64,000 nt of DNA from Neodothiora populina. Taxonomy: Eukaryota. Under the pieces are notes generated by a model, which ran no database searches, was not told where the DNA came from, and saw nothing but the letters and a program-made list of their open reading frames with translations. Positions 1-11,223 of this stretch are shown in pieces. Where the stretch lies: contig NW_027191417.1 in NCBI RefSeq assembly GCF_041146345.1, positions 1 to 64,000 of the forward strand. The letters are read 5' to 3'. Positions within the stretch are counted from its first letter, which is position 1, and each line of letters opens with the position of its first letter. Position numbers and translations under genes: made by a program.

Positions 1-696
1 GAATTGTTACAACAGATAGCTGGAAACTGTTAGCAGGGTTAATATAACACTATAAACAAGGCGCTAGTAGCATATAAAAATCAGATTTTCTTACGTACCG
101 ATCTACAGGAGAGACGAAAATCAAGCACGAGAAAGCTTAAAACTCTATACTTACAGCCTATAAATGCTTCTACTATAAATGTTGCCCAAAACAAGGCGAA
201 CAAGGATAGGCGAATTTATGATTAATTGCTGCTAGATATAGAGGAGGAGAGTCGATTATTAGTCGAGTCTGCTCTATTCCAGTCGGATAAATTTAAGAAA
301 GTTCGAGCCTGTGGTAAGAGATCTCGAGCAGATACTTTAGCCTCAACTGCACTTAAATAGGTGGAAGAGGATGGAAGTAAGAAGTAAAGGATATCCGAGG
401 ACGGTCGCTTCTTAATTACGAATATTCGAGGCTATTTAATTAAATAGCCAAACCCTGACTATAATAAGGAAGAAGTGGCCTCTCCTTCGGTTATAGATAA
501 TCAGAGTGATGTTATAGTGTTAATTAACGCACAGGATAGACACAGCGTAAATTCGTGTAACGGCGCATTTATTACTAAACGTATAGCAGTAGAGATCTCA
601 TGGTCATAAGAGAATCGCGATCTTTGCAGTGCTTGTATGAAAGAATTCGAAGCTGCAACTAAAGCATATATTACTCGACTTGCAAAGTTCACGTAG
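1..696 (+). pseudogene. Degenerate (possibly RIP-mutated) reading frame of unknown function, truncated by window start
   Basis: Frame 1 reads protein-like (..GKRSRADTLASTALK*VEEDGSKK*RISEDGRFLITNIRGYLIK*PNPDY..IAVEISWS*ENRDLCSACMKEFEAATKAYITRLAKFT*). All internal stops are TAA/TAG (31,40,223,358,385,445,607), none TGA, and the region is TpA-rich. Stop density alone is not far from random. Confidence 0.35.
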
Positions 697-797
697 ACAA
701 GACATAGCAATAGATAGGATTATTTGTATAGCAGGACAAGGTCTGTATGCTAAGAAGAAGTGGTACTTATCTGCAGCTTAGCAGCTACGAGTACTGT

Positions 798-811
798 GGG
801 GGGGGGGGGGG
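798..811. repeat. G14 homopolymer
   Basis: Directly visible run of 14 G. Confidence 0.9.
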
Positions 812-937
812 TCGCTTAGCTAAAACTTAAGAACTCCAAACTGAAAACCTCTCATTTTCACCACCTCATAACTCCACCACAACATGCATATATCGAGTCG
901 AAATCTCGGCAGGGGACGCGTACGATACTCGCGACAA

Positions 938-1529
938 AGCTGTCCAAATTTGGAGAGTATTGACCAAAGATATTTAATTACCATCAGGAGTGTTACGATC
1001 CGGTCTCGGCAGACCTACTTGAACCACGAAGTGGCCCGTGCAAGCAAAGGTGCTCTGTGGCAAAACCCCACACTAGGGCTTGGCATGAGAGCAGGACATA
1101 GTGACAGACTGCTCCATCTGATCCTGGTGATCCCTTGCTCCTTCTTGAGAGCACGAGAGCAACAGAGCAGCCAGAGCAAAGGATGATGCCGACTACCAGG
1201 AAGTATATAGCAGTAAACAATGTTCCCCTATGGAACATTGTGTTCAATTTCATATTCGTTACCAGTGATTGGAATTACCTCTTCACGTGTGCCTTGATAC
1301 TCCTCTTCACGAGTCCAACCCAGGAAGAGACTATTATTCGTAGTAGCCTCACAACCAATCCTTAACAAGGAGGTCGAAAATAATTACCATCAGCCCCCCA
1401 GTACGAGAAATACGCGCGGGCTCAATCCCTAAGTATTTCTGGTCACTAACAGTGAATATTACCATCAGCCCTGATGGTAATTAATGATTTTGGATAGACA
1501 AGAAAACGAGGGAACGACATTGGACAGCT
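938..1529. mobile_element. Candidate non-autonomous inverted-repeat element (MITE-like)
   Basis: Perfect 15-bp IR TTAATTACCATCAGG (974-988) / CCTGATGGTAATTAA (1470-1484). Outer 10-bp IR AGCTGTCCAA (938-947) / TTGGACAGCT (1520-1529). Extra ATTACCATCAG copies at ~1383 and 1458. No transposase. Confidence 0.45.
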
Positions 1530-1566
1530 CATACGGACGATAAGACCGTGAATAGCTTGATAGACT

Positions 1567-1589
1567 AATCAATCAATCAATCAATCAAT
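1567..1589. repeat. (AATC)n microsatellite, ~5.75 units
   Basis: aatcaatcaatcaatcaatcaat visible. Confidence 0.9.
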
Positions 1590-1622
1590 ACTGGGTAGGA
1601 AGCAGTCCCACTGCGATCGGTA

Positions 1623-2146
1623 TGTAATCCCGTACGAGGTTAAAGACATTGCGACGACAGACCGCACTTAGCCACCTAAGCCTTTTGTTAAGTACAGGTG
1701 TCGTACGGACCGGCCTGGAGCGGTTAGCGCAACGTGCGGTCGAGAGAGCTAAGGTGTATAGCGCCCGCTCTCGCCCGCGCGTTGTGCGCGTAGAACCGGC
1801 CCTCTTCTATGATAGATGACAGAGCGAGCGTAGGTCGTACGACGGAACCCTTCGTGCATCTGCTAGATGCTATGCTACTCTATCATCTGTCCAGATTTCG
1901 GCTTCAGGCGACGAGTGGATAAGAACGATCTCGGCGTACGAAGGGAAAAGGGCCCGAGGGTCGTCTTTGAAGTTCCCCCAAGTCCCCCCCGCAAAAAGCT
2001 TCGGCGAATCTGATTGGTCGAAAAAGGGCCCGAGGGCTCGAACCCTTTTGACCTATGGTTAAAGAAACCTTCGTGTATTTAGGTAGACCTTTAGGTAGCA
2101 TTCCTAGGGCTTTCCCCTAACACACACGAGCGGTATCGCTATAACA
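1623..2146. mobile_element. Probable solo LTR of an LTR retrotransposon
   Basis: ~524-bp non-coding block bounded by TGTAAT...ATAACA (TG..CA, 5/6 inverted ends), with internal short repeats (AAAAGGGCCCGAGGG twice) and composition distinct from flanks. No clean 5-bp TSD (cggta vs aggtc). Confidence 0.4.
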
Positions 2147-2987
2147 AGGTCAGGCTGTATTGAATACGTGACAATAACATCGAGCATGAGGTTTGTAGAC
2201 AGCTAATAAGACAGTGGTCCAACGTATAACCATCGATAGTCCTAGCAGACGAGAAAAGTCGAAGTAGTTGGTTGAAGCTTTGAGAAACGCGCTTTGTAGG
2301 TCCATCGATGGTTTTCAGTTGCGAACACGACCTTTGCGAGATTCAATAATAGGAGATATTGGTCACAACTTTCCTTCAGATGCAAACAGCTTATATCCAG
2401 CTATTGGCTCCCTATCTTATACCGCTATTTGGGTCGTCCAGCCAATCGCATGCACAGATCACATAGTTTGAAAATTCGAAAGATAAAGGCATGCCAACGA
2501 CTAACGCGTCAGGGAAGACGCTAACCCGCGGGAAACCTCGGTCAAGCCAGGATAGGAAGGTCCAAGCCTTCTCTAAGAAAGCTTCATGGCTAGGTAATAC
2601 TTAACCGAGGTGAATCGACTACGCCACAATCTCCGATAACAAAGCGAACACCAATCTTTAGCTTTGAAAGTCTGAATAAGTAGCATATTCTTGTTGTGCG
2701 TGCAGCTATCGTTCTATCAATACCCTTCCCTGTATTATTGACATGTTGTACCTAACGGCGGACTCCGGGTGCCGCCTCGGATTCGCATGGGAAAGCTGGC
2801 GCTAGGACTGTCGTATACGCAAGAACGATCAAATCAATGTTTGACTATAGCCACCCCTGGCGATCATAAAGAAGACTCCAACAATATATAAGGGCCAGTG
2901 TCTTGCCAATTTTGGAGAGAGACGAATAACTTACACTCTATCAATCCACTGCTTAGATCAGTCAGTGTCTCAGCATATCTTTGTACT

Positions 2988-4337
2988 ATGACCAACCAGA
3001 ACCTCATGCGCATCGCTGCCGCCGCAGTCCTCGCGATCTCATCAGCTACATCTGTAATTGCTGCTTCCGAAACTTGCTCTAGTAGTATTCCGCTCAGCTG
3101 CGGCAACACGACTGTTGTGAAGGACCTTTGCTGCTTCAACGCTCCTGGTGGTCAACTGCTGCAAACCCAATTCTGGGATACCGACCCTAGTACTGGACCG
3201 TCCGACTCTTGGACTATTCATGGGCTCTGGTAAATAGGATTACTGAATTCTTCAGTCTTGGCCATTGAACGCTCATCTTCTTGCAGGCCTGACCACTGCG
3301 ATGGCACCTATGATGCCAATTGCGATAGTGCCCGTGCATACACAAACATTACCCAGATTTTGACAAAGTTTGAGAAGACTGACCTTCTCTCGTACATGAA
3401 GACGTACTGGCCTGATTATCAAGGCAACGATGAGAGCTTCTGGGAGCACGAGTGGTCCAAACACGGGACCTGCATCAGTACTCTGAAGCCGTCTTGTTAT
3501 GCAGGCTATGTCGCCACGCAAGAGGTCCCAGATTTTTTCCAGAGGACTGTTGACCTCTTCAAGACGCTTCCATCGTACACGGTAATAAGACCAGTATTTT
3601 TCTATCATGTTGCTGAAAGCTAACGCTATTCGTAGTGGCTAGCTGCAGCTGGCATCACTCCGTCGAGCACTGAGACGTATACATCGGCGCAAATCCAAGC
3701 TGCGCTCTCCGCTCATCACGATAATCTAGAAGTCACTCTTGGTTGCACAAGCAGTGCCCTCACCGAGATTTGGTACAGCTTCCACGTGCAGGGGAGTGTG
3801 CAGACTGGGGATTTTGTGGCTGCCTCGCCTGATGGCTCAAAGTCAACATGTCCGTCCACTGGAGTCAAATACCTACCTAAATCCGGCAAGACCGCGACCT
3901 CCACCACGAAGACGGCGACTGCTGCATCAACGACCCTGTCGACAGTTACTGGAACATCGACGGGCAGTACTTTCTCTGGAAAAGGCTATCTAAACGTCAT
4001 AACGAGCTCAGGTGCGACCGAAGGCTGTCTTATCAGCGGCGGAACATGGCTGGCGTCCGCAACTTGCGCAACATATACCGTGAACTCCGTGACTGAAACC
4101 ACTTTCACGCTCAAATCTTCGAAGGGCTATTGTGGCATTGTAAGCAATGCATTTACATGCAGCTCCTCTGTCACCTCTTCAAGCGCTACTGTCTTTGTAG
4201 GAGACGGCTCTTACCTTGAGAGCGGAGCCGGAGACACATGGTCGGCTGACTCAACCTCGTCGGGCTCCACGCAAGTGAGCGTGTATTCAACAGGTTCACA
4301 TAGCGTGCAGCTTCGTATTCAGTTCCAGAGCATCTGA
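2988..4337 (+). CDS. Secreted ribonuclease T2 with Ser/Thr-rich linker and C-terminal extension
   Basis: Signal peptide; CAS I WTIHGLWPD (split by intron 3230-3286) and CAS II FWEHEWSKHGTC; intron 3582-3635; spliced frame intact to TGA 4337. Confidence 0.95.
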
Positions 4338-5302
4338 TCATTACACACGTTAGCTGGGATTGAGGCATCGATTATGCAGAGTAAAAACTTTCCCTACAAT
4401 TGATAGCTCTATAACCAGTCTAGTGAATAGGTTTCGTAGACAACTACAATGCTCAAGCCTCAATTCTCAGCTCTACCCAGCTGACTCGGACATCGATAGG
4501 ACGTGACATCCATGCACTTCTGTATCCGGACAAAGCTCGCAACAGCTATCAGGCGACATTCAAGATGCTGAAATCTCGTTGTGTATGATCGATGACAGAC
4601 ACTATTTAACAGATCGTAGGAAACCTTGAACTTTGTCATAAAGTACTGGCACAGCAGTGCAGATTGCATTTGGACAAAGTTGTTACTATGTCGCGAGACT
4701 GACCCATCAATATCGGGATCCGTACGTGATAAGATCCAGCAAACAAAATTTACCTCACAAGCACCGTATCTCAGAGTTCTTGTATAAAGAAAGATACTTA
4801 TCGAGCGTCCATGCTCCGGAGTTGATCGCATCATTTCGATAGAGACTTATCCATATATATTCGCTGGATTTGCCTGAAATTCGTACTTGGAAAAACTTGA
4901 CATTCCTAGATTTATATGGTTATTGCAGGACCATTTGTGAAATTTTTTGCGTCAATGGCTCTCAGATTTGTTCTACTTGTGGGGGTACAATACCTTATAG
5001 AAGAAATTTGCATTCTACAATCGCAGAAAGACTTCATGAACTGACTACTTACTACTGAAGATGTCTTCTCTTCTTTATCAGATGAATTCGGAGATAGTAA
5101 GACTTGTAATATCTTACATAGCTCTTGCATCTTGCGATTATAGTTCGGATAGTATATAGTGCCTGACAATTTATAACGAGAGAGACTAAGAGAGAGCTAG
5201 ATCGATTATGCCAATTCGAAATTTCATGGTACTAAGGCCGATCCACGATTTATGCCGAGAGATTCTCGCTTTATCTCGTGCTTCTCCGCAGTCCCTTACA
5301 GC

Positions 5303-7095
5303 TCAGAGACCCTTGTCAACATGCTCAACACGGTACTCGACGTCGTCGCGTTTCTCCTCAGCTTGGATGCCATTTCTGATATATCCCTTCGAGAACAATT
5401 TGTCGACGTCCTCAAGACTGAGCTTACGTGTCTCAGGGAAGAACAGGTACTATGGTTATGATGTTAGCCAATCTTGTTCCTGCCTTAAGCTGTCCATTTT
5501 ACATATGACTCACCATAATTGGCACCCAGGTTGCATTGAGTACAGCAAAGATAATGTAAGTCTTCCACCCCAGGTTCCTGATAGTTGGAGGAGTGATGTA
5601 GACAATAAGGAAGTTGAAGATCCAGTTAGCTCCCGTAGAAAGCGAAGATCCACGTTGACGGAGCTTCATAGGCAAAATCTCTGTAGGATAGACCCAGACG
5701 GTTGCCTGGAAGCCTATTGTGAAAGCACCTTGGAAGATGAAAAGCATGGCTGCTGCACCGATACCGGCCGTGTGGGCGACAATTGTATTGTTCTGGACCT
5801 GGTAGATCAAAGCAGCTTGAACAGCCATGACTGCTGCCATGACGCTGACCATAGAGAGAAGGAGAGGTCGACGTCCAACACGATCGATGAGGAACCAGGG
5901 GATGAACGAGGCCGCAAAAAACCAGGTGTTGAGAAAGCCTGACATCAAGCTTGAAAGATGGGAATCGAAGCCGAGACTGTTCTGGAACAGAGTTGCGGAG
6001 TAATCTGACTGGTATAAGTATTGACTCCTCATGGATTCACCACACAGGAAACTCACAGATGATGGCGTTGATGCCGCCCAACTGCTGGAAAGCCTGGATA
6101 CCACAGGCAATAAGTAGACGACGTTGAATTTGAATCCCTGCAGGATCGTTAGCCAATGTGAAGGCTTGCGTTGGATAGAAGAACTTATTACCATCATTGC
6201 GGAGCAAGTCCTTCCATGATCCCGACCCGACAGCCATTTCGATTGCAACAGTCTCAACAATGGCACTATGCGCAGCAGCAATTTCATCTTCAGTGTGCTT
6301 GCCTGAATTAAGACGGCGCAATACGACCAGCGCTTCTTCATGCCTGTCGTGAGAGACAAGCCAGCGAGGTGTTTCCGGAATGATCCACAGAATGAGGAGC
6401 ATAGGAATAAGGCATACACATTGCAGGATGGTCGGGACCCGCCAAATGTAGCTTGACTCTTTTCCGCCTCCAATGGTGGAGAAGCCATAATCGATCCAGT
6501 AGACCATCATAATACCTGCAATAATATAAGCAAGCGAATTCCAACTGCGAAGTCGATAGATCCCTACCAAAGTTGAGTGTCGACAGTTGGGCACAAACAT
6601 ATCTTCCTCGCGAGGCTTTGGGACTGAATTCAGATCGAAGAACCGGGACGGTGGAGTTGACGAAACCCATTCCAATGCCGCTAACGATTCTGGCGGCAAT
6701 CATATGCCCGGTATGGTACGCAGTGGCCTGTAATATAGCGCCTGGAGCAGTATTGATCAGCCAAAGTCGCTATTGACAGCATATCTCTTGAATTTACCAG
6801 CAATCATGACGATGACACCAATTCCAATGGTCTTACGTCGACCCAGGTTCTCGCCGATCACACTAGTGGTCATAGCACCCACAAAACATCCAATCTCGTA
6901 AATAGCGACGATCAAAGCAATCATGTTGTTGCCCGAGTTCGACTTCGGGTCAATGCCCATTGTCTCGGTGAAAGATTTGCCGCCAACGAAACCCCCCATC
7001 AGACCATTGTCGTAGCCGATGAGCAGAAAACCCAAGCAAGTCAAGGTAGTGACTGTGTAGAGAAGGGCAGTGCCCTGAACTTCGATGATGGCCAT
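5303..7095 (-). CDS. MFS sugar porter (STL1-like sugar/polyol transporter)
   Basis: Motifs GYDNG, GENLGRR, QQLGGINAI, IDRVGRRPLL, YPTEILP..RQRG, FPET; several short introns; stop TGA at 5303-5305. Confidence 0.92.
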
Positions 7096-7277
7096 GCCGT
7101 GTGTCGTGTGAATGAGCCAGGAGAGATGTGCTCGTGCTCGTTCAATCTCAAAGGAATTAGTATGCCAATCAGAGAGCTTTAATAGAATTGTAAGATCCAG
7201 GGAATGCCCCCTGGATTTCAAATGCTGCTCGAATTCTGATCACCGACAAGAGGCTTTGTGGGTTACCGACAAGGCGT

Positions 7278-7323
7278 GCGGAGCCCCGCATTCGGGGATT
7301 GATGCTTAACTAAGTTTGCGGAG
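7278..7323. promoter_or_regulatory. Cluster of CreA/Mig1-type SYGGRG sites upstream of the sugar porter
   Basis: GCGGAG 7278-7283 abutting CCCCGC (GCGGGG on minus) 7284-7289, and GCGGAG 7318-7323, ~190-230 bp upstream of ATG 7095. Confidence 0.45.
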
Positions 7324-7729
7324 ATTCATGTGCAAGGCCTGTTCTGTCAGCTGCGCTCAAGCCCAGACTTGGTAACCGCCAGATGCCGCGATTTAGCGTT
7401 CGTCGCAGAGATCGAGAACCACAATATTCATCGTATGCACCTGTTAAGCCCCATCTCTATTGTCTATACGACAAATTCCGGCATCTTGGCCTGGAGTTAG
7501 TTTTGCATCTCTGGTATACGAGTCGAACGTTACGACGTCCGCGTTGTCGGTCTTTGAAACAATATCGTTGAGGATATCGGCCATTGAAACAGAGTCTTGC
7601 GATACGAGCACTGATCATGCGTTTGATGTGACAAATTCACAAGCTCCAATTCCATGAGCCTAGATTGATATAAAAAAGCTGGGAGTATGAGAATTGACTG
7701 ATTTTGTAGCTCTCGGACTCGTGTATCAC

Positions 7730-8053
7730 CATGGGCTCAACGAAGGCATCGACATCTCCACCCGCAACGAGCCACATGGATCTTACTTTCTTGCCATTCG
7801 GCGCGTCCCTACGATAGCAGACACGTGAGTCCCTAACAGTATCAAGTGTGACGTCGATGGCTACATATATCCTGGCTATGAAGACAGACTCAATGTACAG
7901 GGTTCCGACGGCACTCTGTCAGGCAAGATAATCGTGCCTAGCAGCGTAGTGACTTTCTGCTTCGCTAATGAGGGAGAAATCTCGTTGTTAAACGAGGACA
8001 GGTTCTTGGTAGCCAAGATCAGTGAAGAACTCCAGGGTGTGTTACTTGGATAA
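7730..8053 (+). pseudogene. 3' fragment of SMP-30/gluconolactonase (lactonohydrolase) gene
   Basis: Not in ORF track. Reads HGSYFLAIRRVPTIADT*VPNSIKCDVDGYIYPGYEDRLNVQGSDGTLSGKIIVPSSVVTFCFANEGEISLLNEDRF, a decayed version of the fungal lactonase C-terminus (ADTGIPDGIKCD..GNVYSGCGDG..GKI..PGG.ANFCF). In-frame TGA; 5' part missing. Confidence 0.75.
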
Positions 8054-8839
8054 AGATTGGAAGACTAGTAAAATAGAATGTTAATGTGTCACTAAGACCT
8101 AAGGATAAATATTCGTACATACAGCTCAGTATAGAGCATCAACTAATACCTCGTATTGTTTCTCTGCATATCCAGCTTCTTTAGCCCATGCAGATCATCA
8201 TGGGTCGTTTAATCAACTCTACAATGAGAAATACACGATTGGTCTCGATGCAGCTCCAGCGGCACAAACCTTCAGCAAAGACATGTCGCGTCGCAAGAAC
8301 CCTTTACAAGGATCTGTTTATGTTGAGTAGTATGAGTTAGTAAGAGATGATATAAAGTTCAAATTTTGCACCATCACGTGGACGGTCATCTGGGCCTTTT
8401 ACAAAACTGGACTTTGCAGCTTCCATTGACTTGAGAGTCCAACGGCATCAGGTATGTACAGATCTCTCGAGTGCCCCACGTGGCACTAACGCGCCACCAA
8501 GCGCTCCTTGAAACTTCACAGCGCTTAGAAGACGATGATTGGCTGCTTTCCATCCTTGATTTGAGAACATCTGGGGTAGCGTCGTATTGGTGGTGTGCCG
8601 AATCACAGTACCAGCATCTGGGACAAGGAAGGGGCAAGAGTGCTACACGTATCATATCAACCCGGCAGTTTGTATCAAGCCGATCCGGCAGACGCCACCG
8701 CTTGCCGCCCATCGGCAAATGACATCCGAATATGTCACTTAATGGATGTAGTATAGATCTCTCCAGCTTCCTCACAAACCTGCGAAACACTGTGAAGCAA
8801 AACTTTCAAATCACTTCTTTCAATCGTCCCGATACCAAC

Positions 8840-9803
8840 ATGGCGAATCAAGTCGACAACCAATTGAGCGGAAGGCTAGCGCTTATCACCGGAGCATCGG
8901 GAGGGTACATTAGTCACTCGAGATGGGACGGACAGCAACTTCTTGTATACTAACCTGTTATTAGAATTGGTTCAGCATGCGCTCGCGAGATGGCAGCTCA
9001 GGGTGTACACCTTGCCTTGACATACTCTTCTAATCTAGTCCCGGTCGAGGCTTTGGTCTCAGAACTCCATGCAGCCCACGGCGAGAGCTTGCGCATCTCC
9101 ATTCACAAATGTGACTTGTCCTCGATTGATCAGACTACAGGACTATGCCCAGCAGTGGTAGCTGCACACAACGGTGCCACAATCGACATACTGGTATCAA
9201 ATGCAGGGTATGGAGTTCGCATCCAGAACGTATGGGAGATCCCACTCGAAGAGTTCGAACATACCATCAACGTGAACCTTAGAGCGAGCTTTCTGTTAGT
9301 GAAAGGGGTTGTGGAGGGCATGAGAGATCAGATATGGGGACGAATAGTGTTCATCGGTTCTATTGCTGCATACGGAGCTGGGATCAATGGTTGCCGTCAG
9401 TTTGCCTTTTATCCTGGAACCTGCTCATCTTCAAATGGATGTATAGTGCGAGGGATCGAAAACTGACTTGTGGACAGACTACGCTGCAAGTAAGGGTGGT
9501 CTTATGAGCATGATGAAGAACCTCTCCTCGAGACTGGCACAGTACAATATCTCGGTAAACGATGTCGCGCCTGCCATGGTCGGCAACACTGGCTTGCTGC
9601 CTTCGGCAGATAGTGTTCCTGGTGTTGTGGACAACATCCCACTAGGTAGACTTTGCACGCCAGAGGAAGTCGCCAACGCAGTATTGATGTACACGAAGAC
9701 GGGATTCGCTACGGTATGTTGACATCCTTGCCATCACTGGGGGACTCATATGTTGACCAACGACTAGGGCCAATCACTGATTATTGGTGGTGGACTTCGG
9801 TAG
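8840..9803 (+). CDS. Short-chain dehydrogenase/reductase (FabG-like classical SDR)
   Basis: ITGASGG(I)G, SNAG, YAASKGG, PLGR motifs; three introns; stop TAG 9801-9803. Confidence 0.9.
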
Positions 9804-11223
9804 AATACCTCCAGATGTCTCATTTTGCATCAACGTACAGCCTTTTAGAACATATTCACACCAATTCTGAGAGCAGCCTTTGCGTAAGAATAGCCTTGCA
9901 CATAACAAGGGACTAGCATGTCTGTCATGCTTAGACTCAATATACCACAGACCATACATCCATCTTGCTTGGCTCGCAACCGATGGGGACCATCTTCCAA
10001 TCAGTTTGCTGTTCTTATGCTGAAGTTCAGAGCTTCGTCAGGTCCTGATGTTTGGTTGTCAAAGTCGGGGTCCGGGACCCGAAACGTACATATTCACTCC
10101 ATCTCTCGACGACACATGTGTAGGACCGTAATTATAGTACAAATTGTCTTAGGAGTTGGGCATAATAGATCTCAAACTCTTGTTAGAAAGCCTACAGAAC
10201 AGTGCTATATGCTCTGCTGAAGCGTTCTTCCGCTGCAGACGTCTGAAAGCAAATTGACAGGTTCGTACTGTGAAAATCGTGGGGTCCTGGACGACCGCGT
10301 TCGCTCGCGTCGTGCATTGCATAGAAACTGCAACTTGTCCCATTACGAGCATTCTGGCTACGCAGTCCCGCGGTCATCACTAACTTCATTTCCCGAACCG
10401 GGTGTGAATTGATCCATCTCGCAGGGCACGGAGTCCTCGATTATCACTCCATCCTACGCCGAGAAGGCGGAGAATGATGATTGCTCCTACAACCCTTCAA
10501 GGTTTTGTAAAAAATAACAAAATTGGATTCATGGATCCTCGATGTAGCTATCACTTTGTGACTCTGCAGTGTTGCCCAGTCGTTGCTATGGGTGTGTTCC
10601 CCCGAACTCGACGCTGACGTTCGGATCGTCTTGTCTAAGCGCTCACACTTTCAAGCCCGCGGAAGATCGCTGGTGGTTTCTCGCGATCAAGGTATAGGTT
10701 CTTTGAGCACGAATGCCATCAGGGATCTGATAGGCGAGGCTATGTGCTATATTGCGTGCCGCAGTCCTGTTTGTCGCAAGACCTTAGAGTTCTTATTCTA
10801 TTATCCATATTTGCCTAAATTTCTTGACCCTTTCTGCCCAGCATTATTTGTGCGGGGTCGGGGTAAATATTCGAGCTTATACTGGATGATCTTTGCCCTT
10901 ACAAGGTCATCAATGCCTGACTGTTTCATTAGCCAAAAGTGGTCGGCAACTACTCAACTAATAAGTCGATGACTGATCAACAACCCATTACAGGGCATGG
11001 TGATCACATAACCTACAGGCCAATTTTGACGGATTGGAATACTATTATCTATGCTCCAGGTATAGCAATATCAGTTGAGTTTGTAACGAACCGTATCCCC
11101 TATGGGGAAGTGATGTAGGGAACCCCGCGATGTTACATGATAGTTTATGGCGGCCTATAAAGATAGATTCAATTCGCCTGAGTTGAAGTTCAAGTCGAGT
11201 TCGAAGAAGACTGAAGTTTCAAG

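Noticed and set aside
5208..5942. 244-aa plus-strand ORF
   Set aside because: Antisense shadow of the sugar porter; no motifs.
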